Positions 46,937 through 54,821 of a stretch of DNA of 64,000 nt are shown one piece after another. The DNA lies in assembly GCA_046306335.1 (NCBI GenBank), contig JBKDXM010000033.1, positions 17,199-81,198 on the forward strand. The letters are read 5' to 3'. The translations under genes and the position numbers were made by a program. Source of the DNA: Planctomycetota bacterium. GTDB lineage: Bacteria; Planctomycetota; UBA1135; UBA2386. Within the stretch, counting starts at the first letter, position 1; each line of letters opens with the position of its first letter. The notes below the pieces were generated by a model. That model searched no databases, was not told the DNA's origin, and saw nothing but the letters and a program-made list of their open reading frames with translations.

Positions 46937-47098
46937 CAGACTGCGTCACGGAACGCGCGCCGATCCGGTGCGCGGATTCGCGTTCGGGGCGAAGCCGACG
47001 ACCGGAGGCGAATCGGTCGATTCGCCGAGGATCGGCGGCGAGCTCCCGGACGTGAAGACGCGTGCCGGGCGGCGCGGCCTTTCGTGACGCAGACTCCT
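46937..47098 (-). repeat. Repeat family B, long form, copy 2 (most complete)
   Basis: The terminal inverted repeats are GCAGACTGCGTCACGGAACGCGCGCC ... GGCGCGGCCTTTCGTGACGCAGACTCC. The internal ~100 nt are shared with 15547..15696. The element abuts the TAG stop of the gene at 47097. Confidence 0.85.
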
Positions 47099-48299
47099 AT
47101 GGGCCGACCGTCAGGTGCAGGCGCGCAGTCGCCGCCAGGCCGGGCACGAGCGGGCACGGCGAGCTCGGCGCCTGCAGCAGCGCCCACTGCATGCCGATCG
47201 TCGTGCCGACGACCGACGGCTGGTTCGGCACGCCCCATGGCCAGAAGGCGAAACCGCCGGCTTGCAGCACGAAGGTCCACGACACCGCGTCGAGGAAGGC
47301 GCAGGGACCGCAAACGAGCTCGTTGCCGGGGAGGCCGATGCCGGCGAACGCCAGCGCGCCGGCGGGCGCGCCCTGCAGCCGCAGCGCGAAGTTGGCGCTG
47401 CCGACGTTGAAGCTGCCGGAGCTGCTGATCGCGCCGGCGTTGCCGCAGCTGCTGCCGACGACGACCGATTGCGCGACGGCGAAGCCGAGGTGGTTGGCGA
47501 CCGCGCGATGGCCGCCGTCGCTCGGCTGGTTCTGGACCAGCGCGCCGCCGGGCGGCGAGTGCAGGAACGACGACGAGCCACCGCCGTCGAGGTTGATGGC
47601 GCGCCACGCGCCCATGGCGAGGAACACGTTGGCGAGCTCGGGCAGCGTCATGCCGACCGACCAACCCGGCTGGCGGCCGTCGACGACCGCGACGTAGAGC
47701 GTCGTGCCCTGCTGGTTGACGCCGACCGCCGTGCGCGGGTTGCGCACCAGCGGCTCGACGCGCGCCGTCGCGCCGGTGTTGACGCCGTCGGTGACCAGCA
47801 GCGTGCCCGGCACCGTGTCGGTGCTGCTCGGACCGACGCCCGCGATCGCCCACTGCGCGGCGGCGGCCTGCGCCGTCGTGATGTTGCCGATCGTCGCCAG
47901 GCGGTTCGGCGCGAACACCAGCGCCGGGTCGGGCGCGGCGCCGAACTGGCGCACCGGCGAGACCAGGACGCCGTTGCTCTTGCTCAGTCCGACGATGTCG
48001 GCGGTGGTCGACGACAACGCGCCGAAGAAGTTGGCGTTGATCGACAACCGGTTGCCGAGCTGGTTGTGCCAGTTCAGCGTCGTACGCAGCGAGGCCTCGT
48101 ACGACTGCAGCGGCGACAGCGGCGCCGTCACGCGGATCTCCAGCCGCGGATCGGTCAGGTCGATCACCGCCGTGAAGCCGCGCGCCGTGCCGCCGCTCGT
48201 CGCCCAGACCTGCGGCGCGACCGCGATCTGCGCCGGCGGCGCGGCGGCGACGAAGGCGCAGGCGAGCAAGGCGAGGACGCGCAGCGGCGCAGTCGGCAT
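47097..48299 (-). CDS. Secreted phosphodiester glycosidase (NAGPA/DUF2233) family protein with C-terminal beta-rich domain
   Basis: ORF 47097..48299. It has a signal peptide (MPTAPLRVLALLACAFVAAAPPAQ). The NAGPA core carries RTAVGVN..GT.LY.VVVDGRQ and AINLDGGGSS. A ~115-aa C-terminal domain follows. Confidence 0.8.
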   Translation of the reverse strand: MPTAPLRVLALLACAFVAAAPPAQIAVAPQVWATSGGTARGFTAVIDLTDPRLEIRVTAPLSPLQSYEASLRTTLNWHNQLGNRLSINANFFGALSSTTADIVGLSKSNGVLVSPVRQFGAAPDPALVFAPNRLATIGNITTAQAAAAQWAIAGVGPSSTDTVPGTLLVTDGVNTGATARVEPLVRNPRTAVGVNQQGTTLYVAVVDGRQPGWSVGMTLPELANVFLAMGAWRAINLDGGGSSSFLHSPPGGALVQNQPSDGGHRAVANHLGFAVAQSVVVGSSCGNAGAISSSGSFNVGSANFALRLQGAPAGALAFAGIGLPGNELVCGPCAFLDAVSWTFVLQAGGFAFWPWGVPNQPSVVGTTIGMQWALLQAPSSPCPLVPGLAATARLHLTVGP

Positions 48300-48361
48300 G
48301 GGCGCAGTCTACCGCGGCGGGGCCGGACCGGGCGGCTGGGCGCGGTCGCGCTGCCGCGCTC

Positions 48362-48417
48362 GGAGTATGCGTCACGGAACGCGCGCCGGGCGGCGCGGCC
48401 TTTCGTGACGCCGACTC
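48362..48417 (-). repeat. Repeat family B, short form (terminal inverted repeats only)
   Basis: GGAGTATGCGTCACGGAACGCGCGCC-GGGC-GGCGCGGCCTTTCGTGACGCCGACTCC is a 56-nt near-perfect hairpin. It directly abuts the TAG stop (48418-48420) of the GNAT gene. Confidence 0.85.
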
Positions 48418-48921
48418 CTACGGCGCCGTCGCGGCGGCAGCACAGCGCGCCAGCGCCTCGCCATCGAGCCGGCAGACGCGCCAGTCGGCCAGCAGGCGCG
48501 CGCCCTGGCGTTCGTAGAAAACGATCGCCGGCGCGTTCCAGTCGAGCACTTGCCAGTCCAGCCGCGGGCAACCGCGCGCCACGGCGAGCCGCGCGACGGC
48601 GCGCAGCAGCGCGAGGCCGATGCCGTGGCCGCGCAGGTCCGGCGCGACGAAGAGGTCCTCCAGGTGCAGACAGGCTTCGGTGCGGAACGTCGAGTACGTC
48701 GCGAAGTGCAGCGCGAAGCCGGCCGGTCGGCCCGCCCACTCCGCCAGCAGCGCGCCGCAGGCCGGCTGCGGCCCGAACAGGTGCGCGCGCAGGCGCTGCT
48801 CGCTGACGTCGAGTTCGTGCTCGAGGCGCTCGTAGCGCGCGAGGTCGACGATGAAGCGCGCGACCAGCGATTCGTCGCCGGGCACGGCGGCGCGGACGAG
48901 CAGACGGGGATCGGCGGCCAT
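48418..48921 (-). CDS. GNAT-family N-acetyltransferase
   Basis: ORF 48418..48921. The acetyl-CoA motif LEDLFVAPDLRGHGIGLALL and a C-terminal FYERQGA are present. Confidence 0.85.
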   Translation of the reverse strand: MAADPRLLVRAAVPGDESLVARFIVDLARYERLEHELDVSEQRLRAHLFGPQPACGALLAEWAGRPAGFALHFATYSTFRTEACLHLEDLFVAPDLRGHGIGLALLRAVARLAVARGCPRLDWQVLDWNAPAIVFYERQGARLLADWRVCRLDGEALARCAAAATAP

Positions 48922-48944
48922 GGGCGGGCAGGCTACCCGCAGCG

Positions 48945-49001
48945 GGGGGCGCGCCGGCCGAGGGGGCGCCGGCCGCGGGGGCGCCGGCCGCGGGGGCGCC
49001 G
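48945..49001 (+). repeat. 15-nt tandem repeat (GGGGGCGCCGGCCGC) x ~3.5
   Basis: Read directly in the 80-nt gap between the infA stop (49002) and the GNAT start (48921). Confidence 0.85.
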
Positions 49002-49217
49002 TCAGGCGCGGTAGGTGATGCGACCGCGGGTCAGGTCGTACGGCGACAGCTCCACCGTGACGCGATCGCCGGGGATGATGCGGATGTAGTTCTTGCGCAT
49101 CTTGCCGGAGATGTGCGCGAGCACGATGTGTCCGCCATCCACCTGGATGCGGAACTTGGTGTTGGCGAGGGTCTCAACGACCGTGCCTTCCAGGACAATC
49201 GCTTCTTCTTTGGGCAC
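49002..49217 (-). CDS. infA: Translation initiation factor IF-1
   Basis: Tail of ORF 49002..49406 from GTG 49217. (V)[70 protein letters not shown] is a canonical IF-1 S1 fold. Confidence 0.9.
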   Translation of the reverse strand: MPKEEAIVLEGTVVETLANTKFRIQVDGGHIVLAHISGKMRKNYIRIIPGDRVTVELSPYDLTRGRITYRA

Positions 49218-49395
49218 AACGACTCCAGTGGCGACCAGGATCGGCCGGCGCGACCACCGCCACGGGTGATCGGACCGGGCTGTGCGGCTCTGGGCCGCAC
49301 AGCGGGGCGAGGAGTCTACGGCCACGCCGGGCGGGCGATCAAGCCGCCCCCCCATCGACGCTGCACCGTGGCGGTCGCCGTGCGTCCGCGCCAGG

Positions 49396-50034
49396 ATGCC
49401 GCGCATGGCCGGCCAGCCCCGCCGCCGCGGCGACGCGCCCGAGCGCTTCGACCGGGCCTATTACGACCGTTTCTACCGCGACCCGGCGACGCGCGTCTCC
49501 GACGCCGCGGCGGTGGGCAAGCTCGCCGCGCTGACCGCGGCGTGGGCCGCGTGCCTGGACTTCGAGGTGCGCACGATCCTCGACCTCGGCTGCGGGCTCG
49601 GCCATTGGCGCACGGCGGCGCGGCGGCGCTGGCCGCGCGCCGCCTACCACGGCGTCGAGCACTCGCGCCATCTGTGCGCCGAACTCGGCTGGACGCACGG
49701 CTCGATCGTCGACTTCGACCCGGCGCGCGCCTTCGGGGCGGAGCGCTTCGACCTCGTCGTCTGCCAGGGCGTGCTGCAGTACCTCGACGATCGGCAGGCG
49801 GCGGCGGCGCTGCGCAACCTCGCGGACTGGGCCGGCGGCCTGCTGTTCCTCGAAGCGCTGACCGCGCGCGACTGGCGCGAACGCTGCGACCGCGACCGCA
49901 CCGACGGCGACGTCCACCTGCGCACCGGCGCGTGGCACCGCCGCCGGCTCGCCCGCGACTTCACGACGCTGGGCGGCGGCGTGTTCGCGGCGCGGCGCGC
50001 CGGCTTCGTCTTCTTCGAACTGGAGACCGGCTAG
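49396..50034 (+). CDS. Class I SAM-dependent methyltransferase
   Basis: In frame of ORF 49282..50034 from ATG 49396. Motif I is [11 protein letters not shown] and the post-I/II region is [13 protein letters not shown]. Confidence 0.75.
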   Translation: MPRMAGQPRRRGDAPERFDRAYYDRFYRDPATRVSDAAAVGKLAALTAAWAACLDFEVRTILDLGCGLGHWRTAARRRWPRAAYHGVEHSRHLCAELGWTHGSIVDFDPARAFGAERFDLVVCQGVLQYLDDRQAAAALRNLADWAGGLLFLEALTARDWRERCDRDRTDGDVHLRTGAWHRRRLARDFTTLGGGVFAARRAGFVFFELETG

Positions 50035-50037
50035 ACG

Positions 50038-51903
50038 ATGGACTTCTTCGGCCATCAGGAGGCGGCCCGCCGCGCGACCAAGCGCCTCGTCGTGCTGTAC
50101 GTGCTGGCGCTGGCCGCGATCGTGGCGAGCATCCACCTCGCGGCGTCCTTCGCGTTCGCGCTCGGGGACCGCGGCGGGCCGCGGCTGGGCACGCTGTTGC
50201 TGCTCGTCACGGCCGCGACGCTCGCCGTCGTCGGCGTGGGCGCGCTCGTCCGCATGCTCGAACTGCGCCGCGGCGGCCCGGCCGTCGCCGAGCTGCTCGG
50301 CGGCCGGGCGGTGCCGCTGCGGCCGACGGATCCGAAGGAGCGCCTGCTGCGCAACCTGGTCGAGGAGATGGCGATCGCCTCCGGCACGCCGATCCCCGCG
50401 CTCTACGTGCTCGACGACGAGACGGGCCTCAACGCCTTCGCCGCCGGCTGGACGCCGGACGACGCCGCCGTCGCCGTAACGCGCGGCTGCCTCGACGAAC
50501 TCGACCGCGACGAGCTGCAAGGCGTCATCGCGCACGAGTTCAGCCACGTCTTCCACGGCGACATGCGGCTCAACATCCGCCTGATGGGCGCGCTGGCCGG
50601 CATCGTCTGCCTCGTCACGATCGGGCGGGTGCTCGCGCGGGTCGGCGGCCGCAGCCGCGGCAACCGCAAGAACAACGCCGCCGCGTTCGCGTTGTTCGGC
50701 GTGCTGCTGGTGGCGATCGGTTGGATCGGCGTCCTGTTCGCCCGCCTCATCCAGGCAGCGGTGTCGCGCCAGCGCGAGTACCTCGCCGACGCCAGCGCCG
50801 TGCAGTACACGCGCAATCCGCTCGGCATCGGCATGGCGCTGGCGCGCATCGGCGATCGCTCCGCCCGCATCCAAAACGTGCGCGCCGAGGAAGCGAGTCA
50901 CATGCTGTTCGCCGATGGGATGGGCCGCATGTTCGGCAGCCTGCTCGCCTCCCACCCCCCGATCGCCGAGCGCATCGCCCGCGTGCTGCCCGGCTTCGCC
51001 GCCGCGTCGCGGCCGCGCCGCTCCCTGCAGGCCGACGTGGCCGCGCTGGCGCCGGCCCCAGCCCGCGCCGACGCGCTGCGGCGCAGCGCGCCCGACGCGC
51101 TGGTCGCCGCCTTCGGCGAGCCGCAGGCCGCCGACGTCGCGGCCGCACGCGACCTGCTCGCCGGCCTGCCGCTGACGCTCGCCCAGGCCGCCCATGCGCC
51201 GGAGTCGGCGAAGGCGCTGGTCTGCGCGCTGCTGCTGGCCGACGACCCGGCGCTGCGCGCCGCCCAAACGGCGCTGCTCCCGGCCGACGCCGCGCTGCGC
51301 CACGATGCGCAGGCGCTGCGCCTCCCGACGCGCGCGGTCGGCGCGACGGCGCGGCTGCCGCTGCTGACGCTGGCGCTGCCGGCGCTGCGCGGACTGCCGG
51401 TCGGGGAACGCCGGCCTCTGCGGGCCGCGCTGCAGGCGCTGGCCGGCGCGGACGGCGCGCTGGCGCCGTTCGAATGGGCGCTGCTGCGCCTCGCCGACCG
51501 CGCGCTCGCGCCGGACGCCGACGGCCGGGTGCGGCGGCCGACGGCCCGCAAGGCGCCGCTGTACGCCCGCGCCGACGCCGTCGCGACGGTGCTGTCGCTG
51601 GTCGCCCGCACCGCCAACTTCGACGACGACCAGCGCGCCGCCGCAGCCTTCCGGCGCGGCGGCGAGGCGCTCGACGGCTTGCCGGGCCTGCGGCTGCGGC
51701 CGGCCGCCGAGTGCACGCTCGACGCGCTCGGCGTCGCCGTGGATGCGCTGGCCGAGGTCACGCCGCTCGCGCAGCGCAACCGGCTCGCCGCCTGCGCCGC
51801 CGCCGCCGCGAGCGACGGCGCGGTGCAACCGGCGGAGGCGGAGCTGTTGCGCGCGCTCGCGGCGATCTGGGACTGCCCGCTGCCGCTCGCCGTCGCCAAC
51901 TGA
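50038..51903 (+). CDS. M48-family (HtpX-like) zinc metallopeptidase with ~290-aa C-terminal extension
   Basis: ORF 50038..51903. It has two N-terminal TM helices, HEFSHV (HExxH) and REYLADASAV. The long Ala/Leu-rich C-terminal region has unknown function. Confidence 0.85.
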   Translation: MDFFGHQEAARRATKRLVVLYVLALAAIVASIHLAASFAFALGDRGGPRLGTLLLLVTAATLAVVGVGALVRMLELRRGGPAVAELLGGRAVPLRPTDPKERLLRNLVEEMAIASGTPIPALYVLDDETGLNAFAAGWTPDDAAVAVTRGCLDELDRDELQGVIAHEFSHVFHGDMRLNIRLMGALAGIVCLVTIGRVLARVGGRSRGNRKNNAAAFALFGVLLVAIGWIGVLFARLIQAAVSRQREYLADASAVQYTRNPLGIGMALARIGDRSARIQNVRAEEASHMLFADGMGRMFGSLLASHPPIAERIARVLPGFAAASRPRRSLQADVAALAPAPARADALRRSAPDALVAAFGEPQAADVAAARDLLAGLPLTLAQAAHAPESAKALVCALLLADDPALRAAQTALLPADAALRHDAQALRLPTRAVGATARLPLLTLALPALRGLPVGERRPLRAALQALAGADGALAPFEWALLRLADRALAPDADGRVRRPTARKAPLYARADAVATVLSLVARTANFDDDQRAAAAFRRGGEALDGLPGLRLRPAAECTLDALGVAVDALAEVTPLAQRNRLAACAAAAASDGAVQPAEAELLRALAAIWDCPLPLAVAN

Positions 51904-51990
51904 CGCCGCGCCGCGGGCCAGCGCGCCCGCAGCGGCGCTCGCGCCAGAGCGACGTTGCGCGCGCCCCGCTGCCCGCTCGATGATGCGCCG

Positions 51991-52770
51991 ATGCGGCGAT
52001 GCCGACTCCTGCCTTGCCTGTGGCTCCTCGCCGTCGCGGCGTCCGCGCAGCAACCGGACGGCGCGCCGCCAAGCCGACCTGCGGCGCCACCGGCGACGCC
52101 ACGAGCGTTCCCGGCGGACGAGGCGACGGCGCGCTTCGCCAACCGCAACGCGTCGTTCCACATCCAACTGCCGGCGCAGTGGCGGCAGATCGCGCCCGGC
52201 GAGGCGCGCACCGTCGGGGAACGGCGCGAGGCGCCGCCGAAGTTAGGCTTCGCGCAGCCCAACCACTTCTACGCCGTCGGGCCGGTCGACCAGTGGCTCG
52301 CCGGCGACTTCCGCGGCGCGTGGCTCTACGTCGTCGAACAGGACGCCGAGTGGCACATCGGCGACCACTGGCAGGACGATCTGCGCGCCATGTGGCGCGA
52401 GGAAGGCGCGGCGAGCGGCAATCGCCACGAACTGACCAACCTGCGCCGCGCCAAGGTCGGGACCCAGGGCGTCGAGGCGCTGCTGGCGGAGCGCACCACG
52501 ACGCCGCCGGATGGTCGTCCGGCGGTCCGCAGCCTCGACGTGCACGCGCCGTGCGGCGGCCGTCAGGTGTCGCTGTCGTTCTGTTGCCCGCCCGAGCGAT
52601 TCGGCGCGGAGGAAGCCTCGTTCGTCGCCGCGCTCGCGACGCTGACCTTCGCCCGGCTGCCGCGCGAGCAGCAGAGCCTCGGCGACCGGCTGTGGTCGCC
52701 GCTAATGACTGGCGGCGCGGTCGCCCTCGTGCTGCTGCTGCTCTACAAGCACACGCGCGGCCGGCGTTGA
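51991..52770 (+). CDS. Secreted/tail-anchored hypothetical protein
   Basis: ORF 51955..52770 trimmed to ATG 51991 (signal MRRCRLLPCLWLLAVAASAQQ). The C-terminus has a hydrophobic helix plus a basic tail (GGAVALVLLLLYKHTRGRR). Confidence 0.5.
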   Translation: MRRCRLLPCLWLLAVAASAQQPDGAPPSRPAAPPATPRAFPADEATARFANRNASFHIQLPAQWRQIAPGEARTVGERREAPPKLGFAQPNHFYAVGPVDQWLAGDFRGAWLYVVEQDAEWHIGDHWQDDLRAMWREEGAASGNRHELTNLRRAKVGTQGVEALLAERTTTPPDGRPAVRSLDVHAPCGGRQVSLSFCCPPERFGAEEASFVAALATLTFARLPREQQSLGDRLWSPLMTGGAVALVLLLLYKHTRGRR

Positions 52771-52878
52771 GCCGCGCAGGGCCTGGGCCTAGACTGTGGG
52801 CCTTGCGGTTCGGGGCCCGTCGCCGGCGATCTCCGCCGCGCTGCGTGGGCACGCGCCGCCCCCGCACTTTCTGCCGCC

Positions 52879-54450
52879 TTGAAGAAGACCACTTCGCCGA
52901 AGTCCGCGCGCAACCTCGACAAGTTCCTGTTCGAGGCCGGGCAGCAATGCCAGAAGCGCCTCTGGCTCGACTACCATGAGCCGGGCGAGGAGCCGGTCGG
53001 CCCGATGCGGCAGGCGATGTCCGAGATCGGCGCGCAGTTGCGCACGCTGGCGCGGTCGGCCTTCCCCAAGGGCGTCGTCGTCGAGGGCAAGGACGTGACG
53101 GCCGCGGCCGCCGACACCAAGGCGAAGATCGCCGCCGGCACGCCCGTGCTATTCGACGCCGCCTTCGTCGCCGAGGGCGTGGAGGTGCGCTGCGACGTGC
53201 TGGTCGTGCACCGCGACGGCCTCTGCGACCTGTTCGAGATCAAGTCGGGTGTCAAGGTGAAGCACCGCTACGTCAACGACCTGGCGCTGCAGGCCTACGT
53301 GCTCGCGGCGTCGGGCCTGCAGATGCGGGCCGCGTACCTGCTGCACGTCAACCCGAAGTACGTGCACAAGGAAGGCGCCGACTATCCGGCGATGCAGCTG
53401 CTGCGCAGCAGCGACGTGACCGCCAAGGTGCAGAAGCAGTTGGACCCGACGCGGCGCCGCCTGCAGCACTGCCGCGCGGCGCTCGCCGACGAAGCCGTGC
53501 TGCAGCTGCCGATGGGCACGTTCTGCACGGCGCCGTTCCCGTGCCCGCACCTCGCCCGCTGCGGCAAGGAAGCGCCGGCGCTGCCGCTCCGCGAGCTGCC
53601 CGAGCTCACCCGGGCCCAGGAACTGGCGCTGCACAAGGAAGGCATCGAGACGATGACCGACCTCGATCCGGCGCGCGAGGGCCTGACCTTCCGCCAGCGC
53701 CGGACGCTGGCCTGCATCAAGCAGGACGCGCCGCTGGTCGAGCCGTTCGTGCGCGAGGAACTGCGCCAGTGCAAGAAGCCGCTGCACTTCCTCGCGATGG
53801 TCTCGGTCACCGAGTCGCTGCCGCGCTTCGACGGCCAGCGGCCGTGGCGGCACGTGCCGTACGCGTGGGCGTGCACGACCGTGCACGAAGGCGGGCGCAT
53901 CGAACAGGACTCGTTCGCGCACACCGAGAAGTCCGACCCCCGCCCCGGCTTCGTCGAGAGCCTCGCCCGGCGGCTGGAGGTCGGCGGTTCGATCGTCGTC
54001 TGGGACGACGAAGCACTGGAGGAACTGCACACGCTGCTCGACGACCTGCCGGCGCACAAGGCGCACGTGCGCGCGATCATCTCCCTGCCGCACCTCGACC
54101 TGATGCAGCTGCTCGACGCCGGCGTGTTCCACCCGCAACTGCGCACGCACGCCGACCTGCGCGCCAGCGCCGCCGCACTGCTGAGCGACGACAGCGGCAA
54201 GGAACTCGCGCATTGGGGCGAGGACGCGTGCTTCGGCGAACTGCAGAAGGCGCAGGCGCCGCGCGTGCGCAGCACGACGCGCAGCAAGATCGCGACCGAC
54301 CTCGTGGCGACGCTGCAGTGGTCGGTCGAACGCATCCGGGCGCTGTTCGCCAAGTACGCGGAGGAGGAGGCGCCGGCGCCGAAGCCCAAGACCACGCCCG
54401 CGCGCAAGGCGGCGAAGCCGCTGCCCAAGCCGCTGCCGCCCGAAGCCTGA
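52879..54450 (+). CDS. DUF2779-like protein: N-terminal Cas4/RecB-type PD-(D/E)xK nuclease module with Cys cluster, plus C-terminal uncharacterised (RNase H-like?) module
   Basis: ORF 52879..54450. It has an early Cys (QQCQKRLW), the D...EIK motif (CDLFEIKSG) and a late Cys cluster (CTAPFPCPHLARC), arranged as in Cas4-family Fe-S nucleases. The C-terminal tail is Lys/Pro/Ala-rich. Confidence 0.65.
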   Translation: MKKTTSPKSARNLDKFLFEAGQQCQKRLWLDYHEPGEEPVGPMRQAMSEIGAQLRTLARSAFPKGVVVEGKDVTAAAADTKAKIAAGTPVLFDAAFVAEGVEVRCDVLVVHRDGLCDLFEIKSGVKVKHRYVNDLALQAYVLAASGLQMRAAYLLHVNPKYVHKEGADYPAMQLLRSSDVTAKVQKQLDPTRRRLQHCRAALADEAVLQLPMGTFCTAPFPCPHLARCGKEAPALPLRELPELTRAQELALHKEGIETMTDLDPAREGLTFRQRRTLACIKQDAPLVEPFVREELRQCKKPLHFLAMVSVTESLPRFDGQRPWRHVPYAWACTTVHEGGRIEQDSFAHTEKSDPRPGFVESLARRLEVGGSIVVWDDEALEELHTLLDDLPAHKAHVRAIISLPHLDLMQLLDAGVFHPQLRTHADLRASAAALLSDDSGKELAHWGEDACFGELQKAQAPRVRSTTRSKIATDLVATLQWSVERIRALFAKYAEEEAPAPKPKTTPARKAAKPLPKPLPPEA

Positions 54451-54456
54451 GCCCTG

Positions 54457-54815
54457 GGAGTCTGCGTCACGAAGGGCCGCGCCGCCTGCCGCGCACCGCA
54501 GCTGCGGGTCGTTCTGCAGCCGCACCTCCGTCTGCCCTGCCCTGCTCTCCTCTGCCCTTCTTTGCGCTGTGCGCTCGGTGTTCTCCGTGGTTGTTCTGCT
54601 TCTGCAGCAGCAGCAAGGAACCACAGAGGACACAGAGGACACAGAGCCCAGACACCAAGAGCCCAGCAGCACCCGGCAGTCGCGGGGCAGCGGGTTGCAG
54701 TCCGCGAGCCGGGGCACGCCCGTGCGCCCGGACGCTCGCTGCCGAGCGTCCGCGCATCCACGGGTCCGCCTGCGGTCGGAGGCTTCGCCTCGGTCGCGGA
54801 TCGCCCGAGGTGGCC
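54457..54815 (+). repeat. Repeat family B copy split by a ~220-nt insertion containing a long imperfect hairpin and a 9-nt tandem repeat
   Basis: The left arm is GGAGTCTGCGTCACGAAGGGCCGCGCCGCC (54457-54486). A degenerate remainder at ~54709-54815 aligns by eye to the reverse complement of 46937..47068. Inside are a hairpin (54583-54628, CTCCGTGGTT...AACCACAGAG) and CACAGAGGA x2.8 (54622-54646). Confidence 0.6.
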
Positions 54816-54821
54816 GCGCGC

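Noticed and set aside
49113-52167. Overlapping 956-aa (+) and 942-aa (-) ORFs
   Set aside because: Other frames on the + strand encode a SAM methyltransferase and an HExxH M48 peptidase with TM helices. The long ORFs are Arg/Ala/Pro-rich with no motifs.
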